Source: Selaginella moellendorffii (Eukaryota > Plantae > Lycopodiophyta). Taken from it: 64,000 bases of DNA. Shown here one piece after another: positions 35,038-47,427 of the stretch. A model generated the notes under the pieces. It saw nothing but the letters and a program-made list of their open reading frames with translations, searched no databases and was not told where the DNA came from. Position numbers and translations under genes: made by a program. Location: the NCBI RefSeq assembly GCF_000143415.4, contig NW_003314316.1:998669-1062668 (forward strand). Direction: 5' to 3'. The stretch's first letter is position 1. Every line of letters starts with the position of its first letter.

Positions 35038-36958
35038 TCATTCCTCGGACTTGGGCGCCACCATTAATTTCTGGATCGCCACGCGCATGCATGCACGTGA
35101 AATCCAAAAGAAATCCGCAACGTCATCATTCCTCGGACTGCATGCACGCGAAATCCAAAAGAAAGATCATGATTGGGATATCATTTAATACCCTCGCTAT
35201 ATTTATACCATGCATGATTGGATATTCCAAAGCATCTTGTATTTCCAAAAATGCCAGATGTTCAACTAAATAAAGAATGGTATACAATGTCCTTCTTGAT
35301 GACCCTGCAAAGAAGCATCTGGATCGAACACCACATGAGACCACACGAGCCTTACAATGTTTCAGGGGCATTTGCCATAGATCCGACCGTTATTTTGCTC
35401 CAAGATTCTACAGTTTGGTGTGCATTGACCTTTCCATCGACACTGCAAAGGGACATCACAATCAGATGTGGGATCACAAGAAACCAACTTCACTAACTCT
35501 AGTTTCACCAAGATCTACGTAAGGAGTTATGAAATGAAAGGACCCTCTCTATTGAAATGTGTTTATGGTCCTAGGGGCATTGTGACATATCAAAGGATTT
35601 TACATCAAGTTCTGTATTTGCATGTTTATCAAGCTACTGAATTGCTAAACCCTAAACCCTAAACATGTGGCAAATGCTGCATGAAGAAAGATGCCCTTTC
35701 TGGGCAAATGCTGTAAGAGGCAGATGCCGAGCAGATGTATCTCAGGCTAGTGAAGGGGACAAACGAAAGCTAGCTATAAACATGACGGGATGCAAATAGA
35801 TTACTAGGCTGGTCCTGCGAAAATCAAAAACCATAATTGAAAACATTGAAAATGCAAAAAGAAAGGTTTATAATATTTTTGAATTTTAAGCAACCAAAGG
35901 AATGTAAGTAGGGCATGTGTTTGTAAGTTTAAAAATGCCTCAACCACTTAAATTCCCAAGTAAATAAAGCTGTTTCTATTTTTGGTACAGGTAAACTTTA
36001 TAGCGTGTGGGCTCATGCAATTTTGAACCCAAAAATGCACCAAAAAATGCTCGACTAGCATTATTCTTTGAATGGCGTGTGGCCTTATATTGCCATAAAT
36101 GGACATACACACACAGCATAATTATTCCTTTACACGGCGAATAATCTTGGCGCGGATCGCTGACATGGCATGGCAAAGTTCGAATCACTGACATGGCACA
36201 GCTGGATCGAAGCAAGGACATGATGTGATAAAGTTCAACCTCCGACAGCAAAATCTAGAAGCTACTCAGTTTGAAATTTGTCAGAGGAATCATAAGATCT
36301 GGTTTGTCAAAGGATTTGATGTGACGTTCAAGTGTGTGTTATTTTTGAATTCTCGAACTCATTCCTAGGTCTATCATTTTTGTGCGCCGTGTTCTTGGTT
36401 CCGCTGAGCGCAGTGAGCGCTGCTTGTGTAAGCGGCGTTGTGAGCTGTGGTTTATGCGTCTACGAGCGGTTGCGGCATTGCGAGCGCCATTGCGAGCGAC
36501 AGTTTATGCGAGTGGCAGTTTGTGCGAGCGGTGCTACGAGCAGTTACGGTGTTGCGAGCGGCGCTACGAGTAGTTGCGGTGTTGCAAGCGGCACTGTCTT
36601 TGGTGTGGCTACCACTTCCTCTTGATATTCGGCACTTGTGCTTCCTGGTATGTTCACCATGGAATGGCTTAGGACCACATTTAGAAATGACATGAGGCCA
36701 CATGCCATCTTGGGCCCTTGCAATTTCATGGCTAGCGTATTGTCATGTATGTTTTTACTTGCCTACAGCTGTGTGTATATCAAGATGGCATGAGGCCTCA
36801 TGCCAATTTTGTGAATGCGAAATTTCACGTGGGTGTCAATAGCATGTTTGAATAATGGCATGTGGCCTCATGCTATTGAGGTTGTTTGGTATGTTATGAT
36901 TTAGGCCATTCTCCAATCATTTTTTGTATGGTCTTAACTTCTTTTCTGCACTTTCAGA

Positions 36959-39857
36959 ATGGCCTCCGCAAGTGCGATGCATGTTCCCTCCGTGGATCTT
37001 AAGAACCGTGCTACATGGATTCAGGCAAAGGTGTTTCTAAACAACCCCAAGGGGGAGGTGGTAGCTGAGGGCTTAGCCACAGTTGTCGATCCAAGAGATG
37101 CGGTTGCTAATCAAGAATTGGGCTGGGATGATATTGGAGTTGCGATTTTAGAGGTTGTTGACACAAAAGAAAACAGTCTGACTATTGGAAGCATTGTGCG
37201 GTGGAAATTGAGGCACTTAGTGTTTGAAAATGTGAAGGATTCACAATCAAACACCACTACAACTGATGACAGAACATCTCTTCATGGGAAAAGAAAGTAC
37301 ACCTTCCTAAAGCGCAGCCAAAGGGATCTAAGAAACGAACCGAAAAGGTAGAAAATGGCGATGGAGGTTCGAATGGTCTCGACAGTTCCTTGTTGCAAAA
37401 GGAGGTGCTGTCAACATGCTGATTGGGATGCTATTGAAGAGGAGAGAGCAAGATACAAGACATTGTCCTGGAAGGCAGCTCGCAATTTTGTGTATGAGGC
37501 ATTACGGTCATCTGTTGATGCTTCAGAACATCAGGTGGGGGGCATGGTCTTCCAGAGGGGTTTGGTCTGCATGAAGGCATGGAGAATCATTTATGGAGTC
37601 CCTCGAACCACATTCTACAGAATCAAAACTGAGTTCGAGGAACAAAGGGTTCAACAGGCAGTCCATGGGAACGACGGTACTCACAAAACCAGGGGTCATG
37701 TTGTATATGGAGAGGCAATCTTCAAGAGGTTTGTCGAGACATGTAGCGAGCAGCAACCACATAAAACCCGCCTCTTGGAAGATGGAACTCGAGACACCCA
37801 ACGAGTTCTCCCTTCCATGTATACCAAGGGGGCCATATTGGAAGATGTGAATCGGGAACTCCAGAGTAATGGCTACAGGAAGCTGAGCCAATCTAGATTT
37901 AGTAGATTGTGGAGCAACAGGTTCAGGGATGTGAGTATAGGAAAGTACTCCAGCTTTTCAAAGTGTGACGAGTGCACTGCTATGAAAATGGCTTTGTTGA
38001 AGAATTCTTGCATCGCTCAAGAGCGAGAGACGTTGGTTAGAAGGCGGCTCAACCACAACATCGAGCAAAGAAGCTGCAGGACTGCATATTATCATAACAG
38101 GATTCTCTCCATGGAGAGACCTGACTCTTACCTCTACATCATCCACGACAAAATGGACCAGAAAAAGACGTGCTTACCTCAACTCAATCCTACCCCCAAG
38201 GCAATCTCTTCATCCATGCAGCTGCCTGTGTCTCTGTTTGGCATAATCGCTCATGGGCATGGTGCCCAAAACTATGGGAACTTCTTTGTACCTCTATGGG
38301 GTGGCGGGGGTGCAAACATGATGATTGCATCTCTAGCAAAACACTTAAGGTCTCTTCAAAGTGCGTAGACTGAGCTGAACGGCCAACCCTTGCATAAGGC
38401 CCTTGTCGATCAAACCCCATACAGGGTTCAGCTGGAGGAGGAGCAAAGGCTTGCAGTATCGCGTGGGGCCCCATGCCATCCCAGTGAATATGTTGGCCGT
38501 CAGATTGTAGGGTTATCACGTGAGGCCTCATGCCATTCCGACGAGGCTGGTCGCCCGGTGAATGCACAGCCTCATCCAAACGAAGCAGAATCTCAAGGAA
38601 GTTCTTGCGGCCGATGTGGCCTTCCACCCCATCTTCTGCTCCAAATAGACAATGCTGGCAGTGAGAACAAAAACATGTACGTCTTCGCGTACTTGGCGAT
38701 GCTTGTTGCCAAAGGCATATTTGAAACGGTTACACTTGGCTTTCTCATGGTTGGGCACACTCATGAAGACGTCGATGCCATGTTCAGTCACCTGGCAGAG
38801 TCCCTCTGGCGATCCAATGTCCTCACCCTCCCACAACTCTACGATGAATTCCAAAATTGCATCAAAGGCACTGTTGAAGCTGCACTTGTGACAGAGGTTC
38901 CAGACTTTAAGGGGTTTGTAAGAGGCTACATCAGGGACGGATCCAAAACGCTGATTGGCCACTCCAAGCCTCTTCAGTTTCATTTCAGCATGCGTGACGG
39001 TGCTCCAGTGATGAGGTACAAGATGAGAGAATGGGACACAGTGTGGCTGCTAGTGGACGGCATTGAACTCTTCAAGAGAGATCCCATAACTGGGGAACCT
39101 ATGATTCCTCAGGGTTCCCCACGGCCGATGCACCTGGATGGACTCAAAGACCAGGAAAGTATAGTGGCCGGGATTAGACAGCATATTGCCTTCTGGAAGA
39201 GGGGGTTGGTGTTTGGTGGAGAATCCTATTTTCAGAGGTGCAAGCCTTTGCTCGAATACTGGGAGAAGATTATATCTGCTATCCAAAATGGGCCGGTTGT
39301 ATATGAAGAATTGGAAGAGTCCTTTTGGCCAGAACCCAGAGCACCAGATAGTAGCGGAACAATGTCCTCTGGAAATGCAGTGACAGATAACAATGTTGAG
39401 GATCACTATTGTGGGCCGAGGAACAAGAAGCCGGATTCAGCATTCAATCCAGTACAGGTCTGCAAAGGACTGGTCGTGCTTGTCAGACCCAGTAATAGAA
39501 AACAAATGATATGGGTGGGGCGCTGCATCACTTATGTAGAGGAGGACGCGGAAACTAACTCCTTCAATGTAACTGTGGAGTGGTTCAAGCCAAGTTCCGG
39601 ATATACGAAGGATTGCCTAGAAAAGAGATGGGTGCTGAATCCAAGGGATCCCAACATGAGCATATCGGTGGATAATGTTGTGCATGGTTGGATGCGGAAG
39701 CAGAGTGCCACCATCACCTTGCCAGACCATGCAAGAGATGCAGCAAGAGCATTCATAACCCGGGTTCAAGGTGAGATTCATTAATATTCCTTTATTAAGT
39801 TTCTAATGTATTTTATTTCAAGGTGAACAATCCGAATCTGAATCAGAGGAGGCGTGA
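36959..39857 (+). CDS. DDD/E transposase (Sola-like) copy 2; premature TAG at 37349-37351
   Basis: Same motifs as copy 1; predicted introns 38361-38588 and 39771-39822; C-terminal half uninterrupted. Confidence 0.85.
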
Positions 39858-41530
39858 TGGCATGTGGCCTTACACCATTCCTAGGTGAGATGATACAAAT
39901 AACAAGTATAAATTCTTAGTTGTTCTAGCAAATCTTACTTAAAGTTCAAGGTGAACAAGCCGAATATGAATTCATCAGATTGTTATAACAAATTGCGAGG
40001 TGATGGCATGAGGCGATACGCCATTTGAGAGTGGTAGCCATTCCTATATGAGGTGAGTGAAATATTTATTAGAAATACCTCATTCAATTGTGCATTTCTA
40101 AGTCTTGGTCCACTCAGTACTGTTTGCATGTTTCTATTTTAATTTTTTCTCTAAAATGTTATTTAGCATGTGGCTTCATGCCATTGCTCTCCACAATCAT
40201 GCATTGAATTTTTCTATCCTTGCATAATACTTCTCCATATATATAGCATGTGCGCACATGTGATATGGTTCATTAGGCCTGATATAGTGTGTGAGGTAAA
40301 ACAAAGATGATGTGACATATGCATTTACCAATCACACATGCATAAATCTAATAATATGGCGTGTGGCCCATATTAATGGCACATAAACCCATATTGTGGG
40401 CTTATGTGCTTTATGTACCATCATTCCCTTGCAGCATGTGTGTTGGTTTCCTTTTATAACACAACGAACTCCATATTTTAGGGTGAAGAGCGTTCTCATG
40501 GCAAGCACAAAATCTGTAAGTGAGGCAGAAAAGGAGACGGAGAAGGAGATAGGTGAAGATGTAGAATATATAAGTCTTCCAAACTCCCCGTACTATACTC
40601 CAGGTGATCATTTTTCTGAACAAACGGCAACATTAACAACTATTGAGAACGCCCCAGTAACGTCAGAGACAACAATCCAAAGCAAAACAACTGACCCGGA
40701 GAAGGATGATAGTACCACTGAGAGTACCAAAAAGGAGGTGTCCACTAGCGCTTAGGCTTATAATGGCGTGTGCCCTCATGCCATTTACTTGATCACCAAA
40801 TACCTTTTTCCCTTTGCACTAATATATTTTAATACCGGTCTGAGAAATAGAATGGCATGTGCCCTCAGGCCTTTTACTAAATCACCTTTGAAAGAAATGC
40901 AAGCCTCTATGTCGTAAAAAAAAGGTACTAGAGAAATTCCTTAATAATATGAATGTTATTTAGTTTCATGAAAATACACTAAGGGTCAAATGAGTTAAAT
41001 GACTTCTCCAAACTAGCAATGCCTCTTGCTACACCTTCACAATTAGATTCGTTAGAAAAAGATAACATTGAATAATATCTAAATGTTCTCACCATTAAGT
41101 TATATGTCTGGCTAATAGGAATGACGTTCATCTTGGAAAGCTCACCACACGCTCAATGAACAAACAAATAGTGTGTGCGCGCATGCCATCGCTCTTCTTT
41201 AGCTTCAGATTCGGCTTGTTCACCTTGACAATGAGATTTATTATACAACCAGATGGACTCAGTCTGGACACAAAGTCACCACGCTAGTCACCATGCCCCA
41301 GATATGTCTAGCCCCTGGACAAAAAACATATAATTTCACGTCATTTTCAAATACTTGAAAATTTGTACCTAGTCCCATTTTACTGAATAAATCCCACTTT
41401 AACGAAATAGAGCTTTTGACGAATATTGGCAAGGGACCAAGGATGGAAAGGGTAATACAAATTGGTACTACTTTATAAAATAGTTTATCATTCGATGAGG
41501 ACATCGAACTTCGTCTATGGGTGGTGAAGT

Positions 41531-43255
41531 TGTGAGACATAAAATTCCTAGGCCCCAAAGTGGAGCCGGAAGGGTGCCACGTGGTAGTGGCCAAAGAGAA
41601 AACCAAACGAGCGTAACATGTTTGGACTAAAAGCTCCTACTTGAAGGGTCGAGAGCGGGAGTGAAACTCCCGACGAAGTGCTCAAGGAACAAGCACGGAG
41701 CAAGCAATAAGTGAGTCTCGAGAAAAGGGACACAAAAGGACCAACACATGACATGTGGAAGTGTCCGAGATGGACCCAAGATGGAGTCCGAGATGGAGTC
41801 CGAGATGGAGTCCGACATGGAGTCCGAGATGGAGTCCGAGATGGAGTCTGAGATGGACCCGAGATGAAGTCCGAGATGGATCCGAGATGGAGTCCGAGAT
41901 AGACCCGAGATGGAGTCCGAGATGGAGTTCGAGATGGACCTGAGATGAAGTCCGAGATGGAGTCCGAGATGGACCCGAGATGGAGTCCGAGATGGAGTCT
42001 GAGATGGACCCGAAATGGAATCCGAGATGGAGTCTGAGAAGGACCCGAGATGGAGTCCGAGACCGGGACCGAGACCGAGACCAAGACTGAGACCGAGATC
42101 GAGACCGAGGCCGAGGCCAAGACCGAGCCTGAGCCCAAGTTCGAGTCCGAGTCCGAGTCTGAGTCCGAGTCCGAGTCCGAGTCCGAACTCGAGTCCGAAC
42201 TCGAGTCCGAGTTCAAGTCTGAGAAGGTGAAAGCCCAAAGCGTTTGTCTCCCAGACCCTAGGGGGTTTGGTGAGCTCCAAAAGTATAGTGAGGGGGAGGA
42301 CTGCAGTGGAGCCAGTTTGGCCAGGAAAGGCTAGTTTGGCCAGGAAAGGCCAGTTTGGCCAGGAAAGGCCAGTTTGGCCCAGGAAGGCTGTACCCAGTGT
42401 TGGGTGATGAGCTGCCCACTGGGAAGTCCAAGACTAGAGTGAATATGGACCGACAAGCGGAGTATCTTGGTGAAGTGTTCAAGAGCCAGCTCTAGTTCCC
42501 CCGGGAGATCGACTGGCCGATGCTCCTAGTCCAAGTGTGGGTGGCACTACCTACTTGGATACCTGGCATGGCTCAATGGAACCTCGCTCTAAGCCCATGG
42601 CTAGAGCATCTAAAGGCAGAAGGCGGGGAGAGTACCCATGAGGCCCGCGTAGGGCCACGGTGTTCCGAAATGTTGTCCCAAAGTCCCAGACTGTGGAAGG
42701 AAGAGGAATAACCCTTTGGTGTGGTAACCAAGGACATAGTCGCACGGTGAGGCAGTCCCAAAGGCCAGTGGACTTAGCGGTCAAGCCTGTGGGCCTTGAT
42801 CTAGTGGCAATATTGACGAACACGGCCATGGACAGAAAGGGACTGGGTGGGGACCGGAAAAGAGATATTAAGGAAGGCTATTCCCCATGTCTGCGGGCAT
42901 CCTAAGGATGCTAAGGAGTGGATCTAGGATGATCACTCATGGACGGATGACCCAGTCTTTGAGAGACGGGATTGTAAAGCAGGTGGTGTTGGACCACCAG
43001 TATGACCAAGGTAAATGGGCATGGCCTTAACGTAACAGGCTGATACGTCGGTGGTACCTTGGGGTGTCGATCATGGGATCGGACCCGTGGAGCACTTGGA
43101 CCAAGTGCTAAGGTTGAGTGGCATGTATGCCATTCTCAGGGCTATCAAACCCCAAGTCTTGAATTGGACTCATGGAGGTCGTGAAAAAGACTCCTCCAAG
43201 TGGTCAGAGATGTGGTTAAGTGACTAAAGTAGAATGGAAAAATTAGTCGCTTACA
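41531..43255 (+). mobile_element. Solo/recombinant LTR (~1.7 kb, TGTGAGAC...CGCTTACA) with 12-bp, 6-bp and 18-bp tandem arrays
   Basis: TG...CA ends are defined by homology breakpoints with 1-687 and 21447-22444. The flanks (GAAGT / GCAGC) do not form a TSD. Confidence 0.75.
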
Positions 43256-46200
43256 GCAGCCTGAAAGGGATGTTGACTTTTGAGGCTAAGGCAATTGAGT
43301 TGGATAGAGTCTGGAATTGGTGTAGAAAAGTGGTTGTTGCACTTTTCTAAAAAGGTGACCCTTATGCCTTTCTTTTAACGTTGTGCTTGGTGGCAAGTTG
43401 CACATTGCATTTCGTTAAGACTCTATGAGAGTAGTGAGCTCTCACTGATCTTGACTTAGTCTTGGTAGCCCTGTGCTTTGGCTGAGGATAGTGATGTTCA
43501 ACTTAGTTGTTTGAGGTTGAGATGTTGGTACCTGTACTATAGCTTTGTCTATGAGGAGGTTGTGTACTGACATGAGTCCATCTCATGGTCTTCACTTTAG
43601 TTTCGACTGAGTGTTGATCATGCATAGCTAGCCCCTTCAAAGCATGCTCAGAGCTGTTAGCTAAATACATTGGTGAGTTTATCGCGATTGAGTTGGATTC
43701 GAGTGGTCATTTAGTTCATGTTTGTCTATGAACCTATATCTTATGCCTGGGGTATTACGTTCATGTTAGACATGTATATGACTCGATGACATTAGTTTAG
43801 TGTTGGGTCTTGTGAAGGCAAGTTGAAGAGTGATTATTAGTTGCTTTGTGACTAGTGATTACTTGTAAACTTTGCTAAGGACTGTTGACACTTGCTTCAC
43901 TCAATGATGATTTAGCAGTGATAGGCTTGCTTTTTCGGATGGTGTTGTGGAGGATTATGTCATTAGACTTACACGGGTTTTCCATGTTGGCATATCGACT
44001 CTACCTTTATCGATATCTTTTGGTTGCATTTAGTCCGTAGTGTTGGATTTCATGTAGTCTTGGATATGGAGAATCACTCCTTTATTATTGAAGAATTAGT
44101 CTCAAATACTGAGTAAAATATCTTCAACTTTGGTTAGCTTGGTTGCTAAAGAGTTTTTGAGTGGTGATTCACTCTTGCTTTCTTCTAACTTATTATGGTG
44201 TTGATGGCATTGAAGTGATGCCTTATCGTTGATATTGTTGATGTTGAGATTCAAGTGAAATGAGATGTCTCTCCGTAGGATTGATATTGAATTTTATTAG
44301 TGTTTGATGAATATAGTGTTGATGATTTGGCTATTGCTTTGTGTTATTGACATTTGTGCATTCGCTAGTTAGCAACTGTATTGACGTTCAATGAACTGAA
44401 TGACAAGTTTAAACTTAGTTGTGATTTGGACGAGAATGTTTAGTAGGGGTTAAGCTTTGGCTTTTCCTTGAAAAGTGATTTAGTCGTAAATGACGCTAAC
44501 TCTACTAGAAGAAGAGTTAATGATTGATATTGGAATGTTTGAATCCTTATTGGTTTTGAGTTGGAATATATCAATCATTGATGATTTTTCTTGTGCTTGT
44601 TATAAAGTGAGTTATGCCTTGCTATAAATGGATTCATGGAGGATCGTTTGGTGATCACTTGTTGAGCATAGCTTCATTGTGCTTAGCTTTTGGATTGATA
44701 CAGTTCATTAGTTTTGATATTATGAAGTTTTGCTTATGGATGTGTTAAGAAAAATATTATGGGTTGTACCATGATTTCTTCTTTAATATTGAAATTAGTT
44801 CATGCGAGACTTGTGATCATTATTAGGCAAGACTTGGCTATAGGCTTTTTTGAGTTTTTGGTTCCTTGAGTTTTCATGCTCAATGTTCCATTTGTTAGAA
44901 GTTGTTGGGAAGGCATTTTGGCTCATAACTTCAATGATTGAAGTTAGTAGTTGCATCTAGCAATCATTGGTAATGATTAACTGTCATCTAGGATAATTGA
45001 ATATCCTTATCAAAAGTTTTGCTTGATTATTATTGATATGAAATGATTTGCCATTCTTCGGGATGGTGGATTTCTTCTTCAATGATGATTATGCATCTCT
45101 TTTTTGATGGGATGATTGATGATCTTTCATGATGGTTAATTATGTTATTTGATGGCTTATGGCTTTTTGCATTACCACATGTTCTTTGTGATTTGCTTTG
45201 GATTGGTCTCTTAGGTTTGAGACATCAATAGGATGTTGCCGACACTTGCTTAAGCAATTTGAGTTCCTTTGTATTGTTGACCAAGATCTATTCAGATTGA
45301 CTTCTGTAATAATTGGCATAAATGGGTGTTTGTTGGTCTTACCACATTCATTCTGTTCTATTGATTATTGCTTGAGTTAATTCTGATAGGTTGGGATGTT
45401 ATTTCCTTCAAGTGATACATTCGCAAGCATTTTGCTTGTTGGTTAATGATACTTTGTGTTCTTTGAGTTATCTTTAGTGAGTTGTTTAGCATGCTATCTA
45501 CAATCTTCAATAGTTAAGTTTTCTCATTGAATTTATTTGATGATGTACTTGCTATTGAATTTTGTTGGATGGTGAATCCTATGTTTTCCAATGATAGTGA
45601 TCTTGGTGGTTTCTATCCTATAATACTAGTTTATCGGATGATAACTTATTTGGAATACTTCTGTGTTCTAATTTAAGCTTTATTCACTGATAATTAAGTC
45701 TCTCAGATATCATTATTTAATGACTTTGATATTGTCCATCTATTGATCTTTGAACTTGGGCTAGTATAGGCAAACTAGCTTCACCACTTCGTGTGCATGG
45801 TGAAATCTTTAGTCATGGGGTAGCTACTGTCGACTAGTCACATAACCCACCTCTCTGTCGATATTCCTTATTCTATTTTAAAAGGGCGTGACCATGTAAA
45901 CAACTCTAATTGCCTGTTTACAGTAGTCTATCTAAACCTTACTGACGGGTCTGGTTTCTTTGCTCATGAGGGTTGGGGCCTCTGGCTTCTCTCTCTATGT
46001 CCTTGCAGGCAGGGGCATATCACACTTTTGTAAGCTGAGTGACACCCAAAGCAGCAAGGGTGGCTAACTCCGTTGGTCATTTCCTTATCGGCGACAGCCA
46101 GAAGATGTCTGAGATGGTAGCACATCCGCATTAAACAAAGAGGTTACCTCATAACTCATTTAAGTTGGTGCATTTCTCATATAGTGTGAATACCGTGATT

Positions 46201-47427
46201 TTTTTCTGAAGTTTTTTCCTTGGCGGTATTCTAGACTGGAGTATGCATCGACAAGGATGTCAATCTTCCCTAGGGGGGGAGAGTGTCGCAAATGTGATTT
46301 CGAGTATCGAAAGTTACCTGTCGGCTAATCCTTACAGATATTCTTTCTTTACTACCACGATAGCAGGAGGTCAATATTGCTAGACCCTTTATTAGTCCCT
46401 TTTGTTCAAGTGTTAGTAAACTGGACTTTGCATCTGTACTTGACCGGATGAGCATAAGGACGAAATTCCTAAATGTCTATTTAGCCAAACATACTTGGCC
46501 CAGCTTTTTAGTTCTCTTTTGCTTTGTCTTGCACTGGCTTGACAAGAACCCTCACATATTGAGATTGGTCCCTAAATATCACTGGATGATAGCTTACTGT
46601 GTTTGCCAAACACCCTCATTATCATGCCCTTTGCGTTAGTCTCATTTCGGTCCCAAATACTATTTATAGAAAGTGTCTAGATTTGCTCATTTGGCATATC
46701 TACAGAATGTAGAGATTTGCCTGAACACAATAGTGTTCGTCCCGTGTCCAAATTCACAATCTAGTGCTATTCCATATTTAGTAAGTTTCAAGCTTGTCCC
46801 AAAGACTAACTCCTGATACTAAGGGAGGCTTGGGGTGAAAGCCCAAAGCGTGTGTTCCTCAAGGGGGGGGGGGCTTGTGGGGGGTTCCAAATGTATAGTA
46901 GGGATAGTGGGTAGGTTGAGCATGGCTGACTAACTTGAGGTATAGTTTAGCTCATGTTTGTGTGCCTGTCCTTATTTTGCGTCCAGCTTGGGTTTAAGCC
47001 TAAGCTCCACACCATGCTAGCTAGTAGAGTACCCATGTCCTTGTGTTAGGCCAGCAGTATGCCGAAATAGCGCTAGACTCCATTTGGCTCCGTTTTGCAT
47101 ACTAGTCCTGGCAATGGGGTGTTCGTTGCTCTAGGCTGTTCCAAATTGCTTCGGGCTCCTGTCCCTTCGCTCCTTGGGCTATATGCTCGGGAGTTGCTCC
47201 ATAGTTTGGTTCCGTCACTCTTTGGCTCCATGCTTAGGAGTTTGGCACCGTTCCTTTGTTCAATGGCCCAAGGCCCTAAACCTTGGGTTCCACACCACTG
47301 TCCTTTGGACACGTGGCATGTGACATATGGCATATAACACGTGGCACATAGAGGGTTTAGGCTCTACTTCGTGGTTATCCTATGGTAAATCACTATAGGA
47401 TAAAGGGTTAAAACCATGTGCACTACA
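43256..47427 (+). mobile_element. 3' part of a LARD-like element: non-coding internal region, PPT, 3' LTR (46284-47427)
   Basis: PPT AGGGGGGGAGAG at 46272-46283; LTR homologous to 4384-5513. The 3' UTR (~45840-46280) resembles that of the gypsy element (~49855-50290). Confidence 0.8.

Larger units (their letters stand above)
27924..41415 (+). mobile_element. Large cut-and-paste DNA transposon, copy 2 (Sola-like, 13,492 bp)
   Basis: Same 24-bp TIRs at 27924-27947 and 41392-41415; TSD TTGA at 27920-27923 and 41416-41419. Collinear and near-identical to copy 1, with different flanks. Confidence 0.93.

Noticed and set aside
6141-41415. The two 13.5-kb copies as a segmental duplication or assembly artefact
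   Set aside because: Homology stops exactly at the TIRs, the TSDs and flanks differ, and there are many substitutions and indels.
4384-47427. LTRs 4384-5513 and 46284-47427 as the two ends of one intact element
   Set aside because: The flanks GAGAG and TCTGG do not form a TSD, the LTRs are visibly diverged, and the region between them is rearranged.
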